Source of the DNA: Chrysomallon squamiferum
Lineage: Eukaryota > Animalia > Mollusca
DNA length: 64,000 bases
Assembly (NCBI GenBank): GCA_012295275.1
Contig: CM022672.1
Span: forward strand, 20,894,001-20,958,000
Direction: 5' to 3'
Shown: positions 1 to 15,040 of the stretch, one piece after another
Numbering within the stretch: the first letter of the stretch is position 1
Layout: every line of letters starts with the position of its first letter
The notes under the pieces: generated by a model
Told to the model about the DNA's origin: nothing
The model's input: the letters and a program-made list of their open reading frames with translations, nothing else
The model's database searches: none
Program-made: the position numbers and the translations under genes

Positions 1-384
1 GAAATACAGACAGATATTCACACGCATACAAACAAACTGACATACATACAATGCACTTTCTATACACAGTTAAGCATGTGTTATTAAAAAGCTAGCTTTG
101 AGGGCCTGGGGAGATAACATGATCAGTGCACAGACAATCATAAACTGAAAGTACATTAAAACTAACATAAAGATTTTTTTAATTATTATTCATTTGTTCA
201 TATAGTAATGAGAATTACATTTGTACTGAAACGTAGAGATTTGATATATAACAAATAATTAGCATATTTAGTTATATTAATAAGTGCCAATCATGCAGTT
301 TTCATGTACATTTTTTTTTTTTCTACTTACTGAACTTAATTCTATTTTATCACAAAGATGATTAATATTATTAAACACACTCAC

Positions 385-2738
385 AGTCACAGCCACTGAT
401 GTTTGTTTCTTCATATTTTTCACTTTAGTGTTTGCAACAGGGTTGTGAATGGATACATGATCTGAGCCTTTGCATCTTTTTTGTCGTTTCCATGGAAATC
501 GACCCATCCTCCTGAGTAAGAATGCCACAAGCAGCAGAACAAAGATAATCAGAAGCAAAATTCCTGTAAATAAAACCAAAAAGTATAATATTAAAACATA
601 TGTAACAAAACCAAAAAGTATAATATTAAGACATATGTAACAAAACCAAATAGTACAATATTAAAACATATGTGACAAAACCAAAAAGTGCAATATTAAA
701 ACATATGTAACAAAACCAAAAAGTACAATATTAAAACATATGTATCAGATTCTTTTTTTAAATTAACAGATAACAAACATGCAAAAGGTGAAAATGCCAC
801 AATCAGCAGAACAGAAATAATCAGAAATAAAATTACTGTAAACAAAACCAAATAGTACAATATTAAAACATATGTAACAAAACCAAATAATACAATATTA
901 AAACATATGTAACAAAACCAAAAAGTACAATATTAAAAGATATGAAACAGATTTTACTTTAAATTAACAGATAACAAACATGCAAAAGGTGAAAATGCCA
1001 CAATCAGCAGAACATAAATAATCAGAAATAAAATTCCTGTAAACAAAACCAAATAGTACAATATTAAAACATATGTAACAGATTTATTTTTTAAATTAAC
1101 AGTTAACAAACATGCAAAAGGTGAAAATGTATATAAAGTAGCAAATAATTAGTTAAAAATCAAAATGATTCAATTTTTAACATTTACTATGAAAACTATA
1201 TCTGTTTGTCTTATATTCCTAACCTGTAATTTTTAATATTTTTTCAGCTCTATAATTCCTGAATCTTTTTATGGGATGATATTTCCATTTAATTAAATTT
1301 CTGAACAGTTTTCCCTTTTAACCCAGTTCAGATAAAAATTTTAAATTTTAATAAAGAATGTAAAAGTAAATAATAATATTTTAAGAAATAATAAGAACAA
1401 ATAACGTAATGAAAAAATTAGATGATATAAAAGATCCATCTAAAATATAAAAACAAAGAAAATATATTTTTTTCAACTTACCAATAACAATACCAGCGAC
1501 AGATCCTCCACTCAAGCCGGCTGGTTCTGGTCTAGGTTCTGAAAACAAATCTAACTAAGTATCTAACTAAATAACATTTTTGCTTGAAGTCCTTTTATAT
1601 TAAATGACAATGAAATGTATTCTCTGAATATCATGTAAAGGAGTGAATAACAAGGAAATGATGACTTATTTGCTTCAAATATTTATTTGATGAAAGATAT
1701 CTTACTTATTTACATTTCAGTTTTCAAATAAAACATTAAAAACTAAATAAACAATAAAACGAAATTAATGAAAATGAAAGAAAAAGCCACCATTATCTTC
1801 CAAAGATTTTTGAATGATTATTCCAGATTTAAAATTAAAAGAAGAGTTGAGAAACAGTTGCCAAAATATTGTAATTCATGTACGTATAAAATTATGTAAC
1901 ACCAATAACACATTTAGTTAATGATAACATAGGTAATTAATGTTATTTTTTTACATTATATGTTACTAGCTATTAGCATGAGCTATTATTATTGCAGCTG
2001 TTGCTTGTTTTATTTCATTATTTCCTTCAGCATGAACAAAGAAAATATCACTATCATTACTGAAACTGATGTACAGTTAAATCACATGCATGTAATAAAT
2101 ATTATTTTATAACCTTTTTCCAAATATTTGAATTAAATCTTCAAGAAAGAGATTTACCTGTGACAAGAAAGAAGTCAACAGGTTCACTCATCACTTCTCC
2201 ATACTGAGTTATCAGCTGTATGGTGTAGTTTGTACCGGGTTCAAGTCCAGTCAGGTCTTCCGAGACTGCATCTTTGTGTAGTTTCTTTTTAACCAGCTTT
2301 TCACCTTTCTTCCCATACTTTATCCATATTTCTGTCCGGTCATAACAAGCAGGGGCATGATCCCATGTAATTCTTCCACCAGTCTGACTCACACTTTCAC
2401 TGCTCACATGCATGGGACCAAGGACTGAAAATTGCATTTCATACAATTATATTATTCTCTATAATAAAGAAAGTCCAAATAAACAAAAATTAAAAATATA
2501 TTTCAAAACAATTATTGAACAAAACATACACGTTTAAACACAACACTGAATAATATAATAATAAAAAATAAAAATATAAATAAACTATTTTAAAATAATG
2601 AATAAACTACATACACATAAAATAAAAAATAAATTTCAAAATGATAGCTGAACTACATAAACACACAAAAAAAGTAGAAAATAAATATAAAAAATATTTT
2701 TTCAAAATGATGATTCATATACAAACACATTTAAACAG

Positions 2739-2778
<40 letters not shown>

Positions 2779-5700
2779 TGGTATTTACAAAAAATTAATT
2801 TTAAAAAATGTATATCAGTATGATGTCTGAACTATACATAAACATTCAGCACAACCAACAACTGCCACTAAAGATTTCATTTTCATATTCTGCATCAACT
2901 CTGTCTATCAAATTTTAATTTATGTATTTATATACTGATTTAATCTGCCATTTGTTATTTTTTATTTATTAACATAGATGTCTATTTAGATACTTTGTAC
3001 TCACAGGCATTTGTACCATTCAGTGATAACAGATCAGAAATCTGAAAATAATATTAAAAGATAAAGGTTTTTATATTTTTGTCACAAACAGAAACATATT
3101 ATGTTTTAAGGAATAATCTTACTTACATTAAGTATCCATTCATTATTGTATTTAGTGTTAGGAATATTTTTAAAGGTTTCATTATAATGTATATGTTTAT
3201 TACAAATAGAAAGATATTAAATATATTTGTGTTTTGAAGAATAATTTTACTTACATTCACTGCACGCTCCTTGTAGAGTTGAGCATTATTAATAATTTTA
3301 AATTTCAGCTGAAGTGATTCTGATTTGAGACTCTCCTTGTTGGTCATCAGCCAGCAGTTATTGATATCCAAGATTTGTTCTTTCTTCTGGCACATCTCTG
3401 GCTGGTCTCTTGAACAGAAACATTTGTCTTGTAATTTATCCTGACACTCTGATTTCTGTTTCCAAATAAAGATATAAATAATAAATAAATACCTGACATG
3501 CAGAAAAGTAATGTCTGCTAATGGCAGGAATAAATAAAATGGGATAAAAAGGCATTGTAGAAGTATTAAAACAGTAACTTTTAAACATTTCTAATGTTTT
3601 TAACAAACGAAGGTACATAATTTGTGAAAAAAACCCATTACCACTTGGAGTTCTTAACAAATTAAATCCTTAACTTCTGAACAAAAATATCCATTATAAT
3701 AATAATTACAAAGTACAATCCTAGTTACAAAATCCATGCAAACACACTGAATGCACTAATTCATATAAATTAATTTTACTGAATTCATGATTATATGTGT
3801 GCATGTGTATGGGTATATGTCTGTATATGTGTGTGTGAGTGTGTGTTATGGAACACTTACAGGCATAGTAGAAATTCTATAAGACTGTGTTCTTATTACA
3901 GAATTTGTACTGATTTGTATGACAGACAAATCCACTTGATGAATTCCACTTTCTAAATCAGAGACTGTCAGAGAAACCCTGCAAAAGAAGTCACAAACAC
4001 AATTAGTATTTGTATTTAATTAAATATTCAAAGTATTTACATAGTCTCCTGATCTAATATAAAAGTTTATAATTCTATACAACAAAATATGAATTACCAA
4101 CAATTCTTTTCAGGATTAAAGTTTTTCTTCAGGTAATGTTGAATTAATTTCCTAGATGTTTTGATGTTCAGTTTTGTTTATTTATTTATTTTAATGCACA
4201 TATATATTTGGTTTTTGAGGGTTTTTTGTTTGCTTACAATATGTGAAAATAAAAACAAAACTGTCAGCTCACTTTGATTCAAATGGGTATTTGCCAGGCA
4301 CATTTTTTGTAAATTTGACTTTGTCCAGAGCATTTGGAGGTGAATCATCAAAATGAACTTTGATTTTATCTGTTTTACTTCTACCAGTGATGTCACTAGC
4401 TCGGATCCAGATGGTCACAGTGTCACCTCGAATTGGATTGTTTGGAGTCACAGTTGTGCTAAGTGTTGATGCACTGAGAGACTGCCATCCTGTTGTTGGT
4501 TCTTGTTGACCGCGACCTCCAGCACTGTCTTTAGCATGTGCTATCTCAAACTTGACAATGCCACGACTGTTAGGTATTTCACGAATAGTTCTTTCACCGT
4601 AGTTATCATCTTGAGTAATGTACTTCAGACCATTCAGCTGTGGCGGATATGCTTTCACTTCACTCAGGAGTTTGTTGTCTTCATGAAACTTGTTTACAAA
4701 ATGGTCTTTCCAGCTGACCACTAGTGGACTGCTAATGTTAGATGTCCATACATCTTTATCGAATCCTGATGCTGAATCTACCTGCAGTCCTTTGGAATCC
4801 AGTGTGATTTTTGATGATGGATCATACAGACAAAGACGTCTGATAAAGACAGAGTTGTTTGCTTTGTCAGATGCTTGTAGAATAAAAGAGTACATGCCAG
4901 GTTCAGAGGGTTGATAAGAAGAGACTGTGCTACTGAGATTTTCTTGCAAAACTTCTGTTATTTGAAGAGGTCGCAGTGGATACTGTTCTTGCAGTCTGCC
5001 ACTAATGTCAGGCTTCAGTTTGAAAACTTCCCAAGCATAGCGGAACATTCCTGACAGAGTATCTGTCCATCCATTCCAGTTCAAAACAATTGGATTCTAT
5101 AAGAAAAAGATTCTGATTTTCCTTAAATGTTGAAAAATGTGCCAAATATACATAAAATACTGAAAGATATTTAAATCTTTATTTCTTTACTACACAAGAA
5201 CCATTTTACTGTAGATAATAATTTACTAAACTGAGTACTTGATGGCTTGTTTATGTGGGTCTTTTTAAAACAGAAGTGAACAAAAGATAGTTTGATCACT
5301 GAAAATGTTGAGAACAAAATTATTATGCATATACATACAACTAGACACCCACATGAACAAAAGTGTAGATCAAATAGATATGGATTCATGTTATGTGGAA
5401 GAAAACTGAAATTTTTATAAACTTAGTAAAAATGAAAAATGTAACTTACATTTGTGACATGGATATCATTGTCTACACTGAATATATCTTTGCTGCAGCT
5501 TGAATTTGTTAACTTGCAATGTTTAGGTTTATCTGTATCAAATCTGTACTCAACAGCCTTTTCAGCCCAGTGTCCTTTAAAATCATCTGTAGCATAATGG
5601 ATATATGGACGATCTGAATATACTACTTCACGGTAACCACCACTTTTTGTCCTGAAAGTCACTGTCAGTCTGCAAAAGGAAATATAATCCAATCAAATGA

Positions 5701-6401
5701 AATGTGAATTATGGAAATAAAAACATAATTTGAAGAGAAAATGTGCAGCAAATGAATACTGATGGTGATGATTATGAATATGACAGTGGTGTGTGTTGAT
5801 GACAATGGTGATGAACACAACAAACAGAATAAAAAGAGAATTGGTTAAATAGATAATGTTATTTATCTTTTTCACCTGTCTCCATATTCTAGTGAAAGAA
5901 ACAGAGATTCTGTACTTTCTCCTTTCTTCTGAGCACACAGAAATGTAGAAACGTTTATTTTGCAGTGTAACAGTTTTAGTTTTTATTTATTTAATTTTCT
6001 TACCTGTCACCATTTTCTAGCTGCCTGTCAAAGTTTGGTAGGCTGATAGTACAGTTCACTACATCTGGGGCTGGTGACCTGGGACCAATATTCAGAGATG
6101 TAAAAGTCCGGTTACACATAATTGTTTCGTTCTTGCTGATATATTTTTTGGTTGGATCTGAAATAATAATTTTATGGAAACTATGAGTTTATATCAATCA
6201 GATGTTGAGATTATTCAGAAAAACAGTAACTACACACTACATTTCTGCCTCTAGTTTCACAGTTCCACCATATTGTTCCTATTTCTTTACTAAAAACAAA
6301 ATCTCCTTTGTAATCCGTAAATCTGACCTCCTATTTTTTTCATGATTGGTTATAGGAGGAAAATAATAATAATAATTCCAAAATATAATCGTTAAGCCTT
6401 T

Positions 6402-6458
<57 letters not shown>

Positions 6459-6534
6459 TAATAATAATAATAATCATAATCATAATCATAATCATAATAA
6501 TAATATTTTATTATTATTATTATTATTAATAGAG

Positions 6535-6584
<50 letters not shown>

Positions 6585-6986
6585 ATAGTAGTAGCAGTAG
6601 TAGAGCAGCAGCAGTAGCGGTAGTAGACTCATTATGATTGTGATTAATATTATTATTGAGTTAACATTCTATCAAAGGGTTGTACCTAGAAAAGATTCCT
6701 TAATTAGCAGGATATTCACTTCAGCATGTGTTATGCCAAACTCTGCCTTTCTTATCCAAGTGGGTTTAACAGGTGGATCTTCTCCAAGGTACTGACTGAC
6801 TGCAGTGATGTTGATCCAGTTGAACATAAACTGATTTGTCCACAAGAAATCTGTTTCTTTCTTATTGGTGGAATCCACAGTCAAGGCATATTTCTCCACT
6901 GGATTAGCAGTTCCTCTCATCCAGAATGACATTCGTGCTTGGATGGCATTGATGGAAGGTGTCAGTTTAGAATCCACTATAATAAT

Positions 6987-7023
<37 letters not shown>

Positions 7024-7091
7024 GTAATAATAATAATAAAAATATTAATAATAATAATAATAATATCAATAAGATTAAGTATACTTACTTT

Positions 7092-7142
<51 letters not shown>

Positions 7143-7757
7143 TATCAATCTCTTAGAAAATAAATAAATAAATAAATGAGATAATATAGTTACGTGTAAG
7201 AGAGAGAGAAAGAGATAGAGAAAGCGGGTTGGAGAGTATGATTTTAATCTCTTAGAATATATATAAATAACATAATAAATAAATAAAGTTACATAGAAAT
7301 AAATTAAGAAAAATATAAATAAATCAGATAAACCTTTTTGTAAAAGAGAGAAAGAAAAAGAGAAAGAGACAGAGAAAATGATTTTGATCTATAAGAAAAT
7401 AAATAAATTACATAATAAATAAATAAATAAATAGACAGATAGATAGGTAGGTAGATAGAAAGAGACATAGAAAAGTAAATAACTGATATCTGTACTTACT
7501 TTTAAGGCATTTTGTACCACTGAATCCATCCTCACAGATACAGGTAGTCGTTGTAGCACCTGGGTCTCGCTGACATGCACCAGGATAACAGGCAGTGAGA
7601 TGTGAACATTTCACTGAAATAAATATATGTGTGTCAATAAATTAATAAATAAATTACATACAAATGCGGATAATTATTATGAAAATTATAAATTAAATAA
7701 AATATTATTTTTATAATGTTTGGTAGGAGAGACAATTAATCAGTTATTATTATTATG

Positions 7758-7810
<53 letters not shown>

Positions 7811-9005
7811 ATTAATTATTTATTTATGCTTTAACTTTGAAGTTATAGCATTTTGAATTAAATTTATCAAAATGTTTATCTTAGAAATATTTTTACTATC
7901 TTTTTTCTTTATTATTATTAGTATTTTAAATTTAAAACAATATATATTTTGAAAGCTTCATGCTGTTTCTATTTTAGTGTGTACTGCTTTAAGGAGTAAT
8001 TCATTAATATTCTTACATCCATCACATCTATCTCCATCTCTGCCAGCAGGACAGCGACAATGATTTGGTTTATCACAGGTACCTCCATTTCTACAGTCAG
8101 GAAGACAGACAGCTGGAGAGAAAAAGAGAGATCTTAGTAAATTACAAATTAAATAATTTGAATGTTTAATAAACAAAGTAACCCAACTATTTATCTTGCA
8201 AGCTTGGGTCCGGATTTCTGGATACAGACTAAATTTTTACTTAAAATATAAAATAAACAAGGAAATTAATAAAAGTAAGAGTAAATTGAAACATAACTTA
8301 TTGTGAGAGGATCATCTCTATACAATAACACTCTCAACTGAACTGGTGTCATGGAAACTAAAATAAAATGCTGTTAATTCAAAAGTTGCCAATTTCAAAT
8401 ATAGCTGCTTTTCTGGCTTTTTCCGATTTCTGGAAGCCGGTTAAATTTGTTCGATACCTGTATAGGGTATTTCGGGTTTCGTTTTATTAAAGTTCAAACA
8501 TACGGTACATCAGTTTGACTGTTTTCAACAAACTTCAGTTAACACGATTAACAAATAACTAGCGAAGATCGTAATGACATTTTTAAAAATTTCAGTTTAT
8601 AGAAACTGCCAAAAAAAGAATGTAAATTGTGTTCGACTGTAAATACATTTTTGAATTTGTTATTGTTGCTATATTTTCATGAATGCTTTTGTAAAATTTG
8701 AGAATAAAATTTCTTATTTGATATAATTTCATTTACTTCTTTTGATTTGAACAGAAATACTAATCAGCATTTGCTATTCAGCAGTTCTTGTTAACGTCAA
8801 ACTATGTCAGTAAGAATGCAGACTTACGAACGGTGCAGCTAGTTGAGTCCCACGACCTTCCCTTCCAGCCCATGCAACAGTAAGGATCATATCTGTATTG
8901 TTCCCTCGATATATATTTATGAGAACAACAGCTGAAACAAAACATATAATTTAGTTATCATACGTAATGTCTAACAAATCGAGTTAGTCTTAAGCATTTT
9001 AGTAA

Positions 9006-9038
<33 letters not shown>

Positions 9039-9079
9039 TCAGGAATATAATCTTCAGATTATAGCTGGTTTATAGGTTT

Positions 9080-9153
<74 letters not shown>

Positions 9154-9431
9154 TAAATATTTATCTTCATATTCTTAAAATTACTTTATATTCTTAATTT
9201 TTATATTTTCATCGTTGAAAAACAAATTTAATACCGAATTTGCATTTCAAATGTTTAAAAAGTCTATAAATAAATAAAGAAAAGAAAACAACTTACAATA
9301 ACCAGCAGCTGACAGAACATATGCGTTCTCGTTTATAATAACACACTCTTCGATGACACAGATGTCTGTAAATAAATAAATACATTAGTGTAATTTTGTA
9401 TGTGTAAAAAATATATCCCTAAAAAATCAGT

Positions 9432-9480
<49 letters not shown>

Positions 9481-9746
9481 TCATTCACACTCACACACAA
9501 CACACACATACGTCCATAAACATTCCAGGATAACGATTCTTGCTATCTTATAAATTCACGGAATGACTAGCCTTATCCCCGAGTTTTAAAAAAACTGAAT
9601 ACTAATTTCATCAGATAAAATTTAAATATATTTAGAAATATATTTCTGCTTGACTATTATGGTCCATCAGAGTAACATATATATAAGCAAACGTAATTTT
9701 GAAAGCAGTTCCATAATTTTTTACCAGTGGATTTCAATCTTTATAT

Positions 9747-9777
<31 letters not shown>

Positions 9778-10649
9778 TTTGTCTATGGTTTTTATTCTCT
9801 TTTTGTTTTCACTGTTATTATAAAATGACTTAATTTCATGTTAAATGATTTTTTATTCAACCTATTATTTATTTTATTTTATTTTATTTTATTTTTTTTT
9901 TTCAATTATTATTATAGTTATTAGAAATAACAACCCGTGATTTCAATAGTAAATTTTTGGTTTTGTCTGTCTGATTTACGAATTAGCGAGGTGTGTTGTC
10001 TATATGTGGCATAGACGAAATTAAAATCATTGCAATAAATAATAAGAAATAATATAATTTTGTTTATTTGTTTATCAATTCTATACTATTTCGATTTGTT
10101 ACAAGAAAATAGTCGTGTGTGACAGAACTGTTTAAATACCAGTGGCCTCCGTCAGAAAAACAACAACAAGAAAAAAAAAAAAAAAAAAAAAAAAACGTTA
10201 TCACCTTTCAGTGTTCACTAGTCACTTGATACTGTGTCAAACAGAAACTGCTGACATAGTCTTGACCAACCGCTCGCGAAATCATACCTATGTAATTATT
10301 TCTTGATTTTATCATACTTATTTATAAACTATTTGTTTTTAAATGCGTGTCGTTTTGAAACATTTTAAGTGTTAGAACATACACTATTTAATAAAATAAT
10401 TCGCCTTGGAATGTTATTTATTCATCATTATTGTTTATGTGATAATTTTTTTGTTTATATATTTTTAAGATACATACATCAAAACATCAGTTTAACTGCA
10501 TATCAAACAAATTAGTTCACGACAATATGTCTTTTTAAAATTTTGTAGGCCCATTATAACATAACTTAACTGTACAGGCCCCGCACTAGCTTAATCCGAC
10601 CAGTTATATAAATTTCAATTATTTCTGTCACAATAAACAAACATACAAA

Positions 10650-10680
<31 letters not shown>

Positions 10681-10744
10681 CAATTTACCCTGACCAAGCA
10701 TGAGCTAAAGCTAGAAAGGAGATAAAACACAGAAGTGAAAACAT
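385..10744 (-). CDS. Receptor paralogue A: signal peptide / EMI-like / 2x EGF-like / beta-rich region / FN3 / TM; 3'-partial (cytoplasmic part continues beyond window start)
   Basis: 15 GT-AG exons in consistent phase: 10689-10744 (MFSLLCFISFLALAHAWSG), 9297-9365, 8828-8931 (CCSHKYISREQYRYDPYCCMGW), 8017-8112 (CRNGGTCDKPNHCRCPAG, EGF), 7500-7613 (EGF), 6686-6976, 6004-6157, 5450-5669, 4273-5096, 3861-3978, 3255-3455, 3005-3041, 2158-2424 (FN3: GLEPGTNYTIQL), 1482-1538, 385-563 (TM GILLLIIFVLLLVAFLLRR). Total 2787 nt = 929 codons with no stop. Exon-for-exon match to paralogue B. Confidence 0.9.
565..1128. repeat. Intronic nested tandem repeat (~36-bp unit inside a ~200-bp higher-order unit) carrying copies of the TM-exon 5' end
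   Basis: Repeated TAACAAAACCAAAAAGTACAATATTAAAACATATG units. AAATTAACAGATAACAAACATGCAAAAGGTGAAAATG recurs at ~760, ~960 and ~1092. AATGCCACAATCAGCAGAAC copies at ~793 and ~994 match the TM exon at 521-565. Confidence 0.9.
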
Positions 10745-10871
10745 TTTCACGTCCATCTTGATTTGATGTTTCTACTAAAATGAAGTTATCTGTCAAAGGA
10801 AAAATCCATAGCGAGAATTAAAAATATACAACCAAAATGATAAAGGCTCTTTGGACCAGGAAGCTGACTGT

Positions 10872-10908
<37 letters not shown>

Positions 10909-13900
10909 ATGATACAGCTGAAATAAAGGGGTGTAGAAATAATTATGAAGGTTTGAAATATAATAATAATAAGAAGAATAATAAGAAGAATAATAAGAAA
11001 AATAATAAGAATAATAATCATAATAATCATAGTAAGAAGAAGAAGAAGAAGAAGAAGAAATATAATTGAGAAACAAACAAACAAACAAAATTAAATGATT
11101 ACTTATAATTTATTGCAATGATTTTAACTGCTTTGTAAACCAATAGTTTGGAATGCCCGCTTTTTGGACGGTGGACCCAGAAAACAAACATTTTACTACT
11201 GAAATTTGTTCGTTTATCTTGATATTTTATTCCTTGGACTGTTCATAGGGTATTAACTGGTTAGAAAACCATACAAAACATGTTCGCTAAGAGCATTTTA
11301 TTGACAGATAGAGCCACTTGACATCATTTCAGCTTTCTTAGTATCTTAATATTATAATTTTAGCAACAAGTATATTAAAAAAGTATATTTCTTTGTTGAT
11401 GTTTTAATATTTATTTACATTTCAAAGTTTTGGTTTATCATATAAAAACATTTTTTTTTTTTTTTTTCAATTATATAAAAAGAAAAAAGAAGAAAAAAGA
11501 GAAAGAAATACTAAGCATTTTCTATTAAAGGTATGATTAATAATAATAATAATAATAATGATGGTGATGATGATGATTATATTAATAATATTTAGCTATA
11601 TCAAAAATGATTTAACATTAAATTATCTTTCAGAGATTAACATAAACTGCATTAAAAAAACTTTTTAAAATGAAATAATATTTTTAATTATTTATGTATG
11701 TGTGTGCGTGTGTACGTGTGTGTACTTGTGTGTCCGTGTGCATGCTTTGGTTTGCGTTATGTATTTTTCCATTGATAATTTACATCCTGATACAAAGTAT
11801 GTGTTGTTATTACAGTGGAAAATTCAAATCAAGATGGACTAGAAATTTGTTTCCGTTTTATGTTTGTTCTTCTTTGTATCTTTATCTCATAGGTAAAATG
11901 TTATCTGGTGAATAACAGATAAAATGCCTTAAGAGCACCAAATGTTTCCAGCATTGTTCTAATTTGGAAAGACATACTAGTTAAACTTAAGTTTTGTAGA
12001 CAACAATAACATATTTGAATAAAGTTGCTTATTAGAAATCAATAGCAGAAAACAAATCGTTGATTTCAACATATATGCAGTAATTTTTTATTAAAAAAAT
12101 AATGTGTTCAGAGAAAAGATTGCTGGGAAAAAACCTAAACAGCGGTCCAGAAAAGTTCCTTGGAATGTTAAAATGTGACAAAACCTCTAATCACTCAGTA
12201 GCATTCAGGATCTGTTTGCATTCATCACTGTTTCTACGCAACACCTCACTAAACAAATTAACCGTTGAATTGTTTGTTTTGTTCAACGTGTTTAGAAAGC
12301 AACTCAACAGTTATCCTGTATACAAACATGAAATAAATCGACATTAACTCGCATTCATAAATATTACATTCATCTCACACACATACAAACATTCACGGAT
12401 GTGTCTATCAGTCAACTGAGGACGGTTAAGAGGTCTTAGAGATATTTCGCAACCTTGGAACGATTTCTAACCATCTGATTCGTGTGCAATGGTGAATCAT
12501 ATTCATTATAGCAGATTTCTTCACGAACAGATGCTGTTTTAGGTCTTCACGGTATTTGTTTATGGTTTTGTCTCAATTTAGTGATACCCACGTGGTGATA
12601 CCCATGCTGTCTTGGATTAATCCTGCCATTTTTCATTCCATTTATTCTCGTACTTTCTATGTCTTGCCATTTCACAGTTTCACTTGAAAATGTAATTCGT
12701 TAACTTGCAGGACCATATCATTTTGATGCACTCTGGGGAATGTTAGCAGACTGAAATGTACACGAAGGTATCTCTGCTTGTACCACTAGTTGAATGAATT
12801 TTTAATTCTTCATCAAAACCAAAACTTTATTCACATAATAGGTGAGATGTGCTTATCTTTTTGTACTAAGTATAATTATATGTAAGGGATTATATTCTCC
12901 ATGTCAATAAACATTTAGCTTTCATTTTATATGCAGGTATTGAATTAGATCCACTTATCCTGTTAAAGCAAATATGTAATGAGAAGAAAAAAAAGTAAAA
13001 TGTCAGTGCTATCCCACGCTCTATATGTTCCAGTTTCATAAAGATATAGAGTAAAGTTTTGTATTGTCACGTAAATAATGTATTAGTTGCTACATCTAAG
13101 AGGAAAGATCTTTCATGATTAAAGATATATGACTCATGCAGGTACTATTGTTATGTTAATGTTTTTCCTTTATTGCAGACAATAAAATGCTCAACATAAT
13201 TATTATGGCTCATGTTATTACTAAATGAAAATATTCACAAACTTAACTAATTAATCGGTTAACAAACGGAGTTTCTTAATTCACTGTCAACTTTTACACT
13301 CATACACACACACTAATTAATTAATTGATTATATTTAATTATTTGTTTTACTGTCTGTCTGTCTTTTTATTTATTTATTTAATTAAATTATTAAATGTAT
13401 TTTTGATAAGGAAAGCTGAAGATATTTATTACCAAACAAAAACATTAATTTTTTTTTTTTAAAAAGAAGATATTTACTTGCATTGAATATGATTTAAATA
13501 ACATTTAACATGATAACAAGATAAATATTTTATTTATTATTTACATGGATTGAAATCGAAGCATGGGGTCTCTATTCACTTTTAATGAAGCAAGGAGAAA
13601 TTTAATTACGTTCTTATTAAAATGAGTGTCAAGTCCGAAACTTATATTTGTTTTTGTTATCAGAACAATGTTTTCAAGTACATTTATCAGAAATTCGTGA
13701 CAGATCTGAACTTCAATTCACGTCGTAAGATAAATATAATCGCATCCTAATTACAAACAATGTATCTGGCGGGTAAATTACAGACAAAATGTACAAAGGA
13801 GAAATATTAGAAGATATGATATTGTTGAACTATATACTGAGTGATTTATCATTAATAACATAATTAAAACAAAAAAGTATTTGATTCTGAATACAAAAAA

Positions 13901-14468
13901 GATAATCATTTTTTTTTTTTTTTGTAACTAATTTCATCTTATGCTTTCAGTTTTATTATTTCATAATTATTACATAAATAATGGTATTTGTTACAAACGT
14001 CATCGTTTATAGACACCTAGTTTTGTTTATTTTTTAATAATAACAAAAAAGGTTTTGTTTCGATGAAAAAAGTATGTCAGATCAGATAAGAGTAACATAG
14101 AGATAATTCCAATATTACATGAAGGTATACCAAAATAACTATAATACGGCAAAAACTATAAACAATGAGCAGCAGGTACCGATTTATTTCAAAAGTGCAA
14201 AAAGAAACATATTTAATTTTGTTGTTGAACGTTTTTACTCCTAAGGATATATGCATTGTGCGTAAAAAAAATCTACATGTAAGTATTGCATTTACCAAGT
14301 ATTGACGTTCATGTTTAAAATGTCTTTGTTATCACTGTGCGTATTTAAAGAGATCTATAAAGTACTCACTTCAAATGCTCTATAAATAATCTTTGTGAAT
14401 GATTGTACAGTAAAACCAATGATCTTGTCAAAATATTTCATGCAGTGTTTTTTCAGTGACTTTTCTAT

Positions 14469-14510
<42 letters not shown>

Positions 14511-14971
14511 TTGGCATTAATCCAGATCCACTTTTGGAATTAGCAATTAAACAAATAAACAAGTCAGTCAACACACATACATACATACACACGTTTAAAT
14601 GCACAGATACAGACACTGATGTAGTATAATAATATTTAATAATAATAATAATAATAACAAAAAGCAAATAATAATAAACAAAAAACTGCCATGGATTAAT
14701 TTTCAATCTGATATTTATCACTGGCATACCTAGAGTGAATTTTTTATAATTATTATTTATTGTGTAACAAAGGATGGTAATTAACAAAAACCCACGAAGC
14801 TGTAAAGATTAGTAATCTGTTATACCTCAACTTAAAATAATACTCATATTTAAAATAATCTGTCTTTTATATATGTCAAGCAGATTATTTTTTACAAATT
14901 TGGGGATATAAAAAAAAAAGAAAGAAAAAAGCACAACTAAATATTATTATAGTCATCATCATCATCATCAC

Positions 14972-15040
<69 letters not shown>

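Noticed and set aside
565-945. ~36-bp repeats superficially like a CRISPR array
   Set aside because: The units are head-to-tail without unique spacers, the context is a eukaryotic intron, and there are no cas genes.
4503-4914. Plus-strand ORFs conserved between paralogues (also 26084-26627)
   Set aside because: They are antisense shadows of exon 9. Their similarity follows from the sense-strand homology and the conversion tract.
6865-7167. ORFs with poly-Ile, poly-Asn or (RE)n tracts, and many similar ORF-track entries (e.g. 10786-11088, 17366-17609, 40586-40985, 44705-45290, 50147-50419)
   Set aside because: They are translations of (AAT)n, (AG)n, (AGT)n or poly-A microsatellites, with no splice-consistent coding context.
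12420-12780. Higher-complexity patch that may be a decayed retroelement or exon
   Set aside because: No sustained reading frame or motif that I could identify with confidence.
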